Part shown: piece by piece, positions 1 to 13,450 of the stretch
Position numbering within the stretch: position 1 is the stretch's first letter
Layout: every line of letters begins with the position of its first letter
Source of the DNA: Octopus vulgaris
Taxonomy: Eukaryota
NCBI GenBank assembly: GCA_951406725.2
Contig: OX597815.1
Span: 101,308,001 to 101,372,000, forward strand
Reading direction: 5' to 3'
Length of the DNA: 64,000 nucleotides
Notes under the pieces: model-generated
The model's database searches: none
What the model saw: only the letters and a program-made list of their open reading frames with translations
Told to the model about the DNA's origin: nothing
Translations under genes and position numbers: made by a program

Positions 1-25
1 TTGGAGGGGGACAAATACAGACTTA

Positions 26-83
<58 letters not shown>

Positions 84-258
84 AATATATACGCATATAT
101 ACGACGGGCTTCTTTCAGTTTCCGTCTAACAAATCTACTCACAAGGCTTGGTCGGCCCGAGGCTATAGTAGAAGACACTTGTCCAAGGTGCCATGCAGTG
201 GGACTGAAGCCGGAACCATGTGGTTGGTAAGCAAGCTACTTACCACACAGCCACTCCT
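1..258 (-). mobile_element. tRNA-derived SINE family A (CORE-like; internal (CA)n/(TA)n), truncated by the window edge
   Basis: Minus strand begins GGAGTGGCTGTGTGGTAAG (A box) ... GGCTTCAGTCCC (B-box-like) ... CCTTGGACAAGTG. Near-identical to 3145-3296 and 59190-59610. Confidence 0.85.
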
Positions 259-290
<32 letters not shown>

Positions 291-334
291 GTCCTTGTGT
301 ATAATGCATATGTCTGTCTATATATGTATGTGTG

Positions 335-366
<32 letters not shown>

Positions 367-411
367 CATATACATATACACATTCACACACTGACACGCG
401 CGCGCACAAAT

Positions 412-447
<36 letters not shown>

Positions 448-454
448 GTATATA

Positions 455-548
<94 letters not shown>

Positions 549-921
549 TAGAAATGGGAATGAATACAGGCTTGGTATCAATATATTTGCATGGAGTAAC
601 AAAAACTACACAATGAGGGTAAAAATAAAATATGAAGAAAATATGTAATTTCTTAATTCGACAGCTGTTTTAGGAGGACCAGAGTTATATTGCAATCATA
701 ATGAGAGAGAAAGGGCGAAAAGAAAGTTGAAGTCTCGTTAGGCTGATTTTAACATTATTTTCTCTTTTTTCTGTTTCTTCCATTCTATACTTCTTCATTT
801 CTTCTTATGTTCTAGACGTTCTCCTTGCTCTTTACGTAATCCCTAAGCTCGTTTTGATTCCCCTCTCTCTTTAACTGTCTATATTTTTACTAAGACTACT
901 ATAAAAATCTCATTTGTTTAT

Positions 922-1064
922 CTTCCCCTGAAGATAGGAGCCGAACTTGTATCACATGTGACTGATTACCAATTACAGACGCATGACTTGTTGCATATTT
1001 CATCAGCAAATTACGATTATTATGATTATTACGTAATTCTGAGCTTCCCGAAACAGCTGTCGAG
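922..1064 (+). ncRNA. Hammerhead motif with ~115-nt stem II insert, part of an inverted PLE terminus pair
   Basis: CTGAAGA at ~928, GGAGC/GCTTCC closing helix, GAAACAGCTGTC at ~1050 (palindromic stem III, GTC site). Stem I is poor. 632-677 is the reverse complement of 1044-1093. Confidence 0.5.
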
Positions 1065-1306
1065 TTAAGAAATTATATAGTTTCTTCATATTTCATTCTG
1101 TAGTTTTTATGTTCCCTGTAAATACGAAGCCTTACTAGTTAATCTCCTTTACTACTTCGATATCAGCTCAATTTGGATTTCTCTTATAACCATTCTTCGG
1201 AGTTACAGTTCAAATCCTTTTGAGCACTACGATGTGTGTTCTACACTGAACATCTCCAGTTCTCACCTATTGTCTTTATTTGCGCATACATACATACATA
1301 CATACA

Positions 1307-1339
<33 letters not shown>

Positions 1340-1346
1340 GTATATA

Positions 1347-1383
<37 letters not shown>

Positions 1384-1395
1384 GTATATGTATAT

Positions 1396-1442
<47 letters not shown>

Positions 1443-1680
1443 TATATATATAGATATATCGCGTAATAAATAAAATATATGCATACATACAAACATATAT
1501 GTACGTACCTACATCTACATGTATATATACATGCATATATAAGTATATATACGTGTGTACAGGACACCACAAATAGACGTAGAACTCAACGAGAAACGAA
1601 AAAGTAAAAACAGCATGGAACGGACCATTTTTTTAACAACGAAAAAACAGAGTACAAGACAACTACACAAGAAAAAATCC

Positions 1681-1736
<56 letters not shown>

Positions 1737-2013
1737 GAAAGAAGGTTTGAAAATGCAATTTAAAAGATGTTTATTTACTTTACCGGTTTCACTCTTTGGA
1801 AAAAGATTGTCAAAAGTAACATGTGGAAGTTTGGTTGCGTTAATTATTGGTTGTTGCAAATTGCTACATTACATATATATATATACAGTCTTTGGTAACA
1901 GGGACATATTAAGGACATAAAAAAGTTCAACAAGTTCCTTAAAATATTGGGCAAAAAAGATTACATAAATAATCGTTCTCAAGGACATACTTAAGATAGT
2001 TTCCAGAAGGAAT

Positions 2014-2051
<38 letters not shown>

Positions 2052-2075
2052 GTATATATATACATATACATACAA

Positions 2076-2189
<114 letters not shown>

Positions 2190-2376
2190 AAACATATAGC
2201 GCAGGTACAGTTGTGTGTTTGAAAATGTTCGCCTCTTAACCCCATGGTTCCATGTTTGATTTCATTGCAAAACATGTCGAGCAAGTTTTTTCTACTTTCC
2301 TCAGAGTTCAATAATAAGTTATGAGTATAATTAGCTTATATTGCGCAGAAGGACCATCGCGCTTGTGATTTGTGTA

Positions 2377-2461
<85 letters not shown>

Positions 2462-3144
2462 ATAGTGTATAGTAAAAGGATATTTGAGAATAAAGCCAAA
2501 TACGTGCGTTGATGTGTATTTAGAAGTAAAGTTACAAAAGGAGATCGTGGGAAGAGAAAGGGAGTAAGAGTCAGAAGCAAGAATAAATAAATGAATAGGA
2601 GACGTGTATCCCGCAATAATAAAAAGTATTAAAAATCTGGTACAGGGGCTGACAAAGAATCATATGAAAAAAGAAAGGAAAGCACACACAATAGATACAG
2701 ATATGATTCAACCTTCATCTGTTATCAACTAAGTATCGCAATTTCGACACCTACGATAGTATTGTTCAATTGGGCGGTTGTTAGCAACATGAAAATCGAA
2801 CACGAATGGGAAAAAATAGTACAAGTACAATGACAAGAAGCGATGTGATCTGTAGACCGGACGATAAGTAAAAAGAAATCATGAAGAGAACGGGAACAAT
2901 TATTTATAACGAAGAAAGAAATAAGCAAGGATAGTGTCAGAAGTATAACGGTACAGAGAAATATCGGTTTAACTAACTTCTTTTCTTTTGTTTATATTAT
3001 CTGGTGTTAAAAGGTTAGCTAAACATGTAAAATACATCGTCAATGCATTTTTCAACTGCTGGTTATAACTTTTCTTCTTCCAAGTAAGTTGAATTCAACT
3101 AGCCAGCTACTACCGAGAGACAGACAGACACACACACACACATA

Positions 3145-3296
3145 CGACGGGCTTCTTTCAGTTACCGTCTACCAAATCCACTCACAATACTTTGGTCGGC
3201 CCGAGGCTATAGTAGAAGAGACTTGCTCAAGGTGCCACGCAATGGGACAAACCCGGAACTATGTGGTTGGGAAGCAAGCTTCTTATCACAGCCATT
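3145..3296 (-). mobile_element. SINE family A, 5' half
   Basis: Same GACGGGCTTCTTTCAGTT...GGTCGGCCCGAGGCTATAGTAGAAGA...CACAGCCA block as 103-258. Confidence 0.8.
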
Positions 3297-3401
3297 TTTG
3301 AGTCTCTCTCTCTCTATATATATATACACATACATAATACATGCATACATACACACACACACACGCACACACACACGCACGCACGCACACACACACGCGC
3401 G

Positions 3402-3444
<43 letters not shown>

Positions 3445-3644
3445 ACACACATACGTAAATGTCGAAAAATGAGAATGAGTACTCGGCACCGCATTGGTGG
3501 ATAAAATTTTTTTATTCGTGCATTAATGCTATCATTGGTTTCATGTTAAGAAAATATCTTAAGTTTTCAAGCCGACCACATAGAGGAATGGTGTTCAGAA
3601 TCTCTCTCTGTCTGTCTGTCTGTCTGTCTATCTGTCTCTCTCTC

Positions 3645-3700
<56 letters not shown>

Positions 3701-4779
3701 TTCTCAATTATCAATTTCTATTCCTCGATCTTCCTTTCTACGTAGAATTTCAATAACTTAATGTAGCAAGATTATAGCGAATACCGATTTTTTAGGTGAA
3801 TATTTTTAACACTGATACAACTCTCATAATGTGTATATGCTTTACTTTATGATGTATAGCTTCAAACGTTTTCTGTAATGTATTTAACATCATTATCTAG
3901 ATTTTAGGAGAGATCAATTATTAAGTTATTGTTTTACTAAGAAGTCACTGAATTTCATAAAAAACAGTATTTTGTGCTTTTTCGAAGTTGACCGAATAAA
4001 AAACAACGAAAGTACCTCATTGAATGTAGTTATTACATGCATTAAACACACACTAAGAGATATATAATCGACAAAACTACTTCTTAATATTTACTGTTTC
4101 ATTAAATATATTCAAGTTTTCCGCTTCCAGCTGGTCGATAAAGTTTGTTGAATCAGATGTTTCTTTACTTGAATTTCACTGTTATCATCTTCAAAATCTG
4201 GATCGTCATTGTCGCCTTATTATCGACATTAAAATAGTTATTGCGTTTGTTGATATTTTTCTAACATTCAACAATTTTCCTTTAAACGGTGATTTATTTT
4301 TTATATTTTTGAATGATATTATCTTCTTTACAATATTCAACTGTATAATATATGTACCCGGTAACTCCCGGGAAAGTGGGTTTATCTCTTGGTTCCGATC
4401 TCATAATTATTTCGCCAATCCAATAACAACAATACAAAGTATGTAGCCCTTTAAACGGTTTTTGTGCATTTACAGAGAATACCAAACTGTCTTACACAGG
4501 ATCTTATTTTTAGGAATTTCTAATAAGCTATGAATACCCAATTTGTGAAATCAGTTATGTAATAACATGAAATTAGTTACTCGATAGTAAGAACTCAAAT
4601 AAAGTAGTCCCAAAAAGGGCTTTAATGCGTTCTCAGAGTATATAGAACTTAGGAGGAAATACTAATGAGGTATGTATACTAAAATCGTGAAGCATGTTAC
4701 GTAATAGGCTAATCAGTTATGAGATAATAATAATTCAAAGTAAATAAATTTGAAAAGGGTTTTTGTGCGTTCGCAGAGA

Positions 4780-5240
4780 ATATTACCCTCAGCGGCGCTA
4801 GTGTTGGTATATTCGTGAATAAGTCACTAACCGAAATAAGTGGATCTATTGTTTAGGAAAATACTATTTACTTGTTTAAGGGTTGTACTGGATAAATTAT
4901 GAAAGTAACTCTAACAATTCAAATACTACGAAATAAGCATACTCAATTTGATTTATACCAAATTAATTAGGAAAATGAATGGGTTATTTCCTTTAGCTGT
5001 TAAAATCTGGGCGAATGGGTTATTTCCCTTGGCTGTTAAAATGAAATATATTCGATATATATAAGGATCTCTTCTAGGGGCCCTATTATCTATTTTTTCA
5101 ACAATCTGTGTATGCCACGAGGCTCCAGACATGAGTTCTACTCACGTGTCAAGTTTCATCAAAATTGATAAAACAATGTAGGAGTTAGTTAACAACTCCA
5201 CAAACACAGCTACAGGCAGAATTTCTCACATACGTAGTAT
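4780..5240 (+). mobile_element. Non-autonomous Helitron/Helentron-like element
   Basis: Tandem GAATGGGTTATTTCC.TT.GCTGTTAAAAT (shares GTTATTTCCCTTGG with ~45963) and TGTCAAGTTTCATCAAAATT motif typical of HINE-like elements. Confidence 0.4.
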
Positions 5241-5345
5241 ATATATAATTATATAACCTTTCATTGACTATCGACTATAGGAAAATAGACTAATACGGGA
5301 GTAAATAAAGCCTCGACGGAAAAATATGGGCATTAGTATGCGTAG

Positions 5346-6297
5346 GAATCGAATCCACACCTCTCATTTTCGCGATAAATGTGCTGACCGATTACACCAG
5401 CATACCCACCTATTTTTTTCATTTAAATTTAGGGACTATGATTTCATAGCAGCAAGTGTGTAAACATATATGTAAAATGCGTAAACTAAGAAGCGGTTAC
5501 AAAAAAAAAAATGTAAATATAATTATAAGCTTAAGCGTATAATTATATTCACAAGATTTTCAATCGTCAGCGTTTGGTGTGGTTCTTCCCCTGAAGGCAA
5601 CTTGTAACATGTTTCATCAGCGACGAAATAGCCGCTATATTAGTTACCTTAAATCAATATCTAATCTAATATTTAAATTTACTTACGCCTCCCCCTAAAT
5701 TGCTGGCTTTATGTCAGAATTTAAAATCAATTTTTAAATATAGTAAAGTTGCAAGCTGGCAGAATCGGTAACACACCGGGCAAAATACTTAACGCCATTT
5801 CGTCCCTCTTTACATTCTGAGTTCAAATTCAGCTGAGATCGACATTGCCTTTCATCCTTTCGGAGTTGATAAAATAAGCATAAGTAAAGCAGTGGGATCG
5901 ATGTAATCGATTGGCCCCCTTTCTCGAAATTGCTGGTCTTATGTTAGAATTTGAAACCAATATGTAAATGGTATTGGAATCATAGATTAAATACGGGCAG
6001 TTTGTTGTTTGTCCCACCACTGCTTTAGTTCTCTTGAAGTAGATTTCTAATTAAAGGACAAGGTATAATTTCGAGACTCCTTATAGCACCCCACATCCCG
6101 AGATGTTTACATGTCAGAAGTCAATGAATTATAACAGTAGATATAACAGGCATAACAACTACTCAAAGTGTAATAAACATATGTCAAAAGACTCAGCTGT
6201 CCCAGGATTTAGTAATTTTTTTACCTACTCTCATCGCTCATCTTAAATATGCTTAAGAACACATGCACACACACACACATATACATACATACATACA

Positions 6298-6331
<34 letters not shown>

Positions 6332-6698
6332 GTAGCTGTTTTCTTCTATACGAGCACAGCCATTGCTAGAAAGAATCCCAGAAATGAGTCACTGATGATG
6401 CAATGTGAGGCCCTCGTATGACTCTTGAGCCCGGCGAAAGATTTGCACATTCTATTGCATAATTCACAGATGTGCTGGCTGGCAAAAGGAACAGGTGCCA
6501 GGGTATGAACTCTTTTGACATGCCTTTTCAATCCTCCAACTGAAAGGCACACCTTTCTACAGGTTGCACATGTTCTGTTGTGAACAATAACCATATCACA
6601 ATTTACAAAAGCTTGATTCTCGTCATGTCTCTGATGGCTGACCAGGCCTGCACGACTCAAGCATTGCCTCCTATAAATCACACACACACACACGCAGG

Positions 6699-6730
<32 letters not shown>

Positions 6731-6915
6731 TATAAAAGCTTATAATTATATTTACCAAATTTTCACTTGTCACCGTTTCTTAGTTTACACATTTTACATA
6801 CATGTTTACACACTTCTATGAAATCAGAGTTCCTAAATTTAAAGGAAAAAATAGGTGGGTATGCTGGTGTAATCGGTCAGCACATTTATCGCGAAAGTAA
6901 GAGGTGTGGATTCGA
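5346..6915. repeat. Inverted ~185-bp repeat pair (5346-5531 / 6736-6915) carrying a tRNA-like cloverleaf
   Basis: Arms are diverged reverse complements. The minus copy folds: acceptor GGTATGC/GCATACT, D stem GTGT/GCAC, loop CGCGAAA, T loop TTCGATT. Confidence 0.75.
6330..6672 (-). mobile_element. Second RTE-like 3' end with C2H2 zinc fingers, (TATG)n tail
   Basis: RQCLSRAGLVSHQRH / CATCRKVCLSVGGLKRHVKRVH / CELCNRMCKSFAGLKSHTRASH, then GCAATGGCTGTGCTCG...CAGCTA, then (TATG)n on the minus strand. Confidence 0.7.
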
Positions 6916-7030
6916 TATATATATATATATGTATATATGAATTTTTTACGTAATGCGATAAAAAAACCAAGGCTGTATAGATAGAGCATTTATAGATACA
7001 ACTGTTTATATATATATATAAAGATATGTA

Positions 7031-7080
<50 letters not shown>

Positions 7081-7158
7081 GTATATATGTATATGTATGT
7101 ATGTATGTATGTATATATATATATATATATATATATAATGTATATATGTATATGTATG

Positions 7159-7199
<41 letters not shown>

Positions 7200-7486
7200 T
7201 CGAATGATTTTACATGCCGAAGACTACTTGGTGTTATTGATAATTATTCCAAATTAATTAATTTCACCCTTCATTATTACGGATAACCATATTTTATCTC
7301 AGTAGATGACCACAGCATCTTGTTTTGGCTACACGCGGGTGGGAAGGGGCTGGTGACACAATCTTTTCATTCACACATTGAATTTGGTGATACTAGTTGC
7401 GGATTCTAGCTCGCTCTGATACTGAGTTGAGTTGATGCCTTCTAGTATCTCAAAATTCAATATATAATCATTTATGATTATAGTAT

Positions 7487-7587
7487 TCTACGCTGAAGAG
7501 AAAAGAAGTTCTTGGTAAGATAGAATTATTTAATATTTAATTCTTATGCTTTCCTAAAAACTTGATTTCGAAACGTACGTCCGTAGA
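7487..7587 (+). ncRNA. Type I hammerhead ribozyme (consensus core, extended stem II)
   Basis: Stem I TCTACG(7487-92)/CGTAGA(7582-87); core CTGAAGA (7493-99); stem II closed by GAAA/TTTC; GAAA (7570-73); palindromic stem III ACGTACGT; GTC cleavage after 7581. Confidence 0.8.
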
Positions 7588-7772
7588 TAACTTAAAATTG
7601 TATGATAGATTGCCGTCAATTCATTCCCTCTTACCTGTTTGTGTCTGCCTTCCAATTGCTGTTTTTACTGAGATCTCCTTTTTAGTAGAAGAAATAGCTA
7701 TAACTCTTTGACTGCTATTTCTAAATTCGGTATGTGGTAAGGCAATTCGTTGCCAAACCCTTTATTGCTTAG

Positions 7773-7803
<31 letters not shown>

Positions 7804-7849
7804 GTGTGTGTGTGTGTCTGTTTGTAAGCTTTTTTTTCTTTAAGTTCAT

Positions 7850-9000
7850 TTATATTCTTCTTCGAATTCAAGCTGACAAGTTTTCATAGCTTAATTCAAA
7901 ATAATTCCAGGGGTTTATGAACATATGAATGCGACTTAATGTATGCATTTGTGTGGACGCATGGTTGCCAGTATATGTGTGTCGATGCAGGTAGTTGTAA
8001 AATAGAATGTGTTTCTGCGTACATAATGGGTGAATGTGTCTCTTTACTACACATGAGCGTATTTTTTTGTTCTATTTATATGCGTTTCATATGTTCTCCG
8101 TCTAGCGCAGGGTCCTTGAGTATCGCTGTTGATATTGCAATTACCAGTGATTGTTAATACCTTCCTAATCTCGATGTTCAAATTGTAAGTGGATTCAAAT
8201 GCCCAGCATAGAATCTTTATTGTTTGAACTGGTATTGCAACAGCATTCTGAAATATCCTTATCGAATGTGTAAAGCTCAAAGCATCCATAACTTCCAAAG
8301 TCTGTCGGAGTACTTTTTTTTGTTACTAAATTTTACTCAAAGCACCAACGTATATAGTATTCTCAATTCCGATGTCCTAGTTGCTTTCCTCATTGGACAG
8401 AGAGGAGATAGACAAAACATCGATATCCCAAATCCATATTTGGTGAACTATTCCCCGAATTGACAATAAAATACGAACCAAAGCTTTCATGTAGAACGTG
8501 TGTTGGCTATTTCAGAAACCAATACCTAGTCTCTCTTATCTTACCTCTATTCAGTCGTTTTGCAACAATACTCAGCAGAGTTTAATAAATCACGAAACAT
8601 GTGTTAGGAGAGACCATCGCTCAATTCTTGTTTCTTAGCTCTATTAGCCATACTGAAAGGTGGTTGTATTGCTTATTTATTACTATTACATAATCGCAAC
8701 TGTTGGTTTGTGAATTAATTATTCATATTACTTCTAATGATATACAATTGTGTGATATTTTCCTATTGATTGTCGATGTTCTTTTCGCTAGAATTGAGCC
8801 AATTTACTTGTGTATTCTTATGATTTCCATCGCTCTCAATTACTCTCATCTACTGGCAAATGGTAATTGCAACACAATAAAGTAAGGCAATCACTGTCCC
8901 AAGACTGAAATTTTCAATTTGTGTTAAGTGTTCTTTATCAACTTAATTGGTAGCGAATAACATCAGGTTAATGGGATGTCTATCGACACGTGTCATAGTC
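7850..9000 (-). mobile_element. Highly decayed Penelope-like remnant
   Basis: Minus-strand RK.L....NINSD.G resembles the PLE endonuclease C-terminus; GAAAACTTGTC HHR 3' half near 7875. Weak. Confidence 0.3.
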
Positions 9001-9033
9001 GTTCTTTCATTTAGTAGGTTGTTGATGAAAATA

Positions 9034-9252
9034 GAGTAATCCCTCGACTATCGCGAGTGTTACGTTCCCTCCACACGCGATAAGTGAAAATCCGGGAAGT
9101 AGAAACAGTACTGTACTGTATAGTTTTTTAGAATTATTTTTATAATTTTTATATATTTATTTTATCATAAATGCAAAACAACACAAAGGAATCGACGTAA
9201 GCTTAAATAATAAACCGCAATAGGTGAACCGCGATATGGCTAGGGATTACTG
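9034..9252. mobile_element. Tc1/mariner-type (Tigger-like) MITE
   Basis: TIRs GAGTAATCCCTCGACTATCGCG / CGCGATATGGCTAGGGATTACTG with TA on both sides. Confidence 0.7.
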
Positions 9253-9819
9253 TAGTGAGGTTATCCTTAAATATCGCATTGAGCTGTGTTGAATCTTTCG
9301 CACATTTATTATTTGCTCGTATGAGGCTAACACGTGCTGGTATGATGACGGCAGTCTTTGATCTATATTATTACTGCCATTTTTGTTTAGACCGAAGTCT
9401 ATGCATTTAGGAATTTTCTTCCGGACAGAATTTACTGTGATATCAATAGTTATTTACCTGGTATTTTTGACGCTTGATTTGCATCTACAATATTCTCCAA
9501 ACAAAGAAGACATGTATTAAGGGCATGCTTTTAAGGGAAGTATTGTTATTCAGTACACGAAAGAATAAATAGTTTCTTATACCGGTGTGACTGACTTCGG
9601 AGCTTATTTTATGTATGCATGTTTATCTTTTCCTAAGGATTTTTTAAGGTCTTTGTCGATGTGAAACCAGATATTAACAAGTGACAAGATATTTTTGCTT
9701 GAGTCAAGACAGTTCCAGGGATGTGTAAGTATGTGAGTGTGAGTTGATGGGTGATGCATGTGGGTGTTTTTGAGAATGTACTTGTATTCCTGTAATAGTT
9801 ATAAACGTCTCTTCAGTAC

Positions 9820-10944
9820 ATGTATGTATGTGTGTGAGATTGCATTTTATGTATGACTTTTCTATATTTGATCATTGAAATTCTTCCTCTGAAGAAGGAG
9901 CTGGTTTCTAACAAAGAATCAAAGCTCCATTATTGGAATGTAGATAACAAAAACAATGTCACAATTTAAACCTGAGAAAAGTCTTGCATAGTTTCATTGT
10001 CCCGCTTACAGATTGTATTTGTAAAGTGTAAATTAGTTGGTTGATTTCTTTTTCTGAAAATCCAAGCTTATCCAGACTGACAGTTGGACATTTACTTACA
10101 AAACCAAGTGCTCCAATTATTATTGGTATAAATAGGAATTTGTAATCCGGATATAGAAACTAGAGTTTTCGAGACAGCTGTCCGTAGTTATCTTCTTTGT
10201 CTTTGATTTTCAAAGAGATATTCCACATCAGCAGGAGAGCTGACCTCTATGGCGGTACATACTTCTTGTCTGTCCAAACAACAATAACCGGCCTGTTGTA
10301 CTTACACTCGACAGATCTTTTAATGAGAATGCTCCACTAGTATTCCTTGTACTGGTATTTGTATATATATTCAATAACAGGGGGATTCTCTATATTTATT
10401 CCAGGACAATCTTTTTTCCGAATGACATTGTATATTGTTTTTACGACATCATGTCTCATAGGGAGGTAGTACCTTGATGACTTGTTTTGGCAGATACTAA
10501 TCGCATGTGTAATGTCTTCCACAGAAATATGACATAATCTACATTACAGTTGCATCTTGGAACTCCAAGGGTTCACTCTCTTTTGTTGATTAAGTATTAA
10601 GTAGCACTCTTCTGTTCGTGGATTGCAAAGAGTGATGTGACATAGCGGTCACAAGTCCAAGAGAGGCATCATCGCTTCGTGTCAACGTTACTATCTTGAT
10701 ATCTACAAGAAACGTACCCACGCATGGTCCTTTTTTGGCACGTTGAGCGTTTCACCTCCAAGTCTTCTTTGAGGTATGCTAGTCCAGCTGATTTGGGGTT
10801 GTATGGGAGGTCATCAGAAAGAGAGTACTTCCTAAAGAACTCACTTCCAGCACGCAGTTTATTGTTTTCTTCCTTTTTCAGCACTAAGATAATGTGTATA
10901 ATTTTGCTGCTGTTGTTTAGCAAATGCTGTCAGAGAGAGAAAGA

Positions 10945-11036
<92 letters not shown>

Positions 11037-13450
11037 ATGCGACATCAGAAGGCTGTGTGCACTAATCTCAAGCACCTATCTCCTTTATCTGTCGATATCG
11101 CTATTTTTGTGGAAATTTCGAGTTGATGTTAGAAGCTTGCGGATTTTAATGTCTATGGAGTGCATTTCTTCCACAGACCAACCAAGTAACCCAAATGTTG
11201 GAATCAGTACCGGTACTGCAAATGCCTTGTGAGATATTGTCTTGTAAGAGTTCGGACTGTCATGGTTTTCTTAGTCTGGTGTAATATTCTTGGGTCACAG
11301 TACCTTGGTATGACATATTTTCATCAATGCTCAGGCACTTGTAGCATTCTTTGTGTGGAACAGGAGAGATAGTGTAACTATTGATGTACAGGTTTTGTGT
11401 CTGAGTGACTGATTTTCCCCATTCAACATTTCATTTGGCTAAATTCCATTCCTATGTCAGCTGAAAGTGTTATTAATTCCAGTTGTTTTTTGGCATTGTT
11501 AACATTTTTAGCATAAACCTTGAGGTCATCCACAAAGAAATTATGGGTTACATTAATATCTCTTGCAGTTGGAGACCCTAGCATGTAGCCATTTGTTTTT
11601 AGTAGCATGAATAATAATGGGTTTAACGCCAAAATGAATAGAGGTACAAATAGACTAACTTCCTGGAATATTCCTTTTGAAATATTTATGGCATTGGAGA
11701 CGATCATTCTATTTTCTGTTCTAAGTGTGAGGATCGTGGCTTAGATCTCTATGAGCTTCTCAATAGCAGAAATTAAGGTAGCAGGCACTTTTGACAAATG
11801 GAGACGTTTCAGCAGCCATGAGAAGGGAATAGAGTCAAATGCTTTCCTATAATCAGAGCATACTGTTACAAAGCTCCTACGATGTTTTTTGTTTGTTTTT
11901 TTTCTCTCAGATAGCTTTGTTTATTAGAAATTGTTCGGCACATACCCCCACTCTCTTCTTTTCACCGGCCTGCTCATCAGTCATTATGTTGCTGGACTCA
12001 TAATGACCCTGGAGGAACTGGTTGAGGCAGCTTGCGTACAGATTATACATAATATTTAGGCAAGCAATGGGTTTGTAGTTTTCAGGCAACTCAGTGGTTT
12101 CATTCCTGGCCACGAGATTCGCCTTTGCTATGGCAAGCCACTTTGGTATGTCAATTTGTTCTTCCGTAGTACTTTTGGATATATTTATGGCTGTCTGTGT
12201 GTCTGCCTGTATGTATATATGTATGTATGTATGGATGGATGCATGCATGCATATGTATGAATATATGTTCTGAATTGATTTTTCATATTTCTTTCCTATT
12301 AGAATAGGCATGCCCACCTTGTATTTCTAACTTTCACCACTGTCGTTTCTATGGATTACGTTGTATAATTTTTCGGAGAGTTGTTAAAGATATGGGTTAT
12401 ATCTTTGGTTTTAATTCCACAAAGTCTCATCGACTGCCGAATTTACAGGTTTTATCTGCATTCCTATCCATTTTGTGCACGAGGTATTCTGTTGTTATTT
12501 CTTGTATATGTTTTGCAAAAAATTATTCATCAAAGTGAAAACTTTTTTTTGTTAATCCAAATTAGACTATTTTTGATTGTCTATGTTGTTGAAGTTTGTT
12601 TTGGCTTGGCCTTCTATTGATAATTATACAGTTTTGTATTTGATGATAAGTGGAAGAGCCGTGCAATTTCCTTGGATATGTATCCTTGATAACCACTTAA
12701 GAGATGCTTTCTGAAAAGTTTCTCTCCGACTATTTATTATATATCTCATGTATGTAGATTCGTTCTGTCGATGTACTTCTACGCTCAGTTGCTGTTGTCG
12801 AAGAGATATGATGCGACATTCACGGCTTCTAAATCGATGTTAATCTCTGCTAACCTTGTTTTCACTTTAAGACGAGGACTGTATAACTGCTCATGATAGA
12901 AATTCTGCTGGTTAATAGACAGTAGTTTTTTACCTCTTGAACATTATTTTTGTGGGGTGCTTAAATTCATTTCTGACAACACCAACAAACTTGGCACTGT
13001 TTTGCAGTTGTTGGCGGGGCATATAAACAAGCGTTAATTCACCAAAATGAAGATCATTACTCTGTTGTAAAATTTCAATCCGATTTCGTTTAACAAAACA
13101 GCAAATCAGTTGGTGTTTTATCAATGCTAGTCAGACGTGGTACGTTTTGCAATGGGAGTTTTAAAAAATGAAATAATCTTTCTTTGAAGCATTTTTCTAA
13201 GGGCATCTTTCAATTATCCATACTTTTCGTTCTTCCAGTCGTAGTACACTTATTATCGTCACTGGTGTCTCATTGATCAACCTGATTGCAGGTAAAATAG
13301 TAGCAGTGGGAGTCAGGTTTGCTGTGGTACTGACTGTGATAGGCAGGTCTGTTTTAGGAGAGTATTCGCTTAGTGTTATTTGTAATACGATGTGACAATC
13401 AAATGCCGTTTGGACCTTAGATCTCTACCTCTGCCCCACAGACATTATAA
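9820..13450 (-). mobile_element. Degenerate, near full-length R4/Dong-like RLE non-LTR retrotransposon ((CATA)n-associated family)
   Basis: Minus-strand fragments in the expected order: NYKPIACLNIMY (RT1/2), GIFQ..SL..PLFILALNPL and FFVDDLKVYA (RT4/5), zinc knuckle and RHD.V..IY, endonuclease region, then a 3' UTR hairpin shared with ~23690 and ~63125. Many stops and frameshifts; 5' boundary approximate. Confidence 0.8.

Noticed and set aside
5334-5407. Functional tRNA-Ser(CGA)
   Set aside because: G at position 33, a T-stem mismatch, no long variable arm as expected for Ser, and part of a larger repeat.
13290-13450. HDV-like ribozyme at the 5' end of the RLE LINE
   Set aside because: Plausible by analogy with R2/R4 elements, but I could not establish the nested double pseudoknot by eye; it needs a descriptor search.
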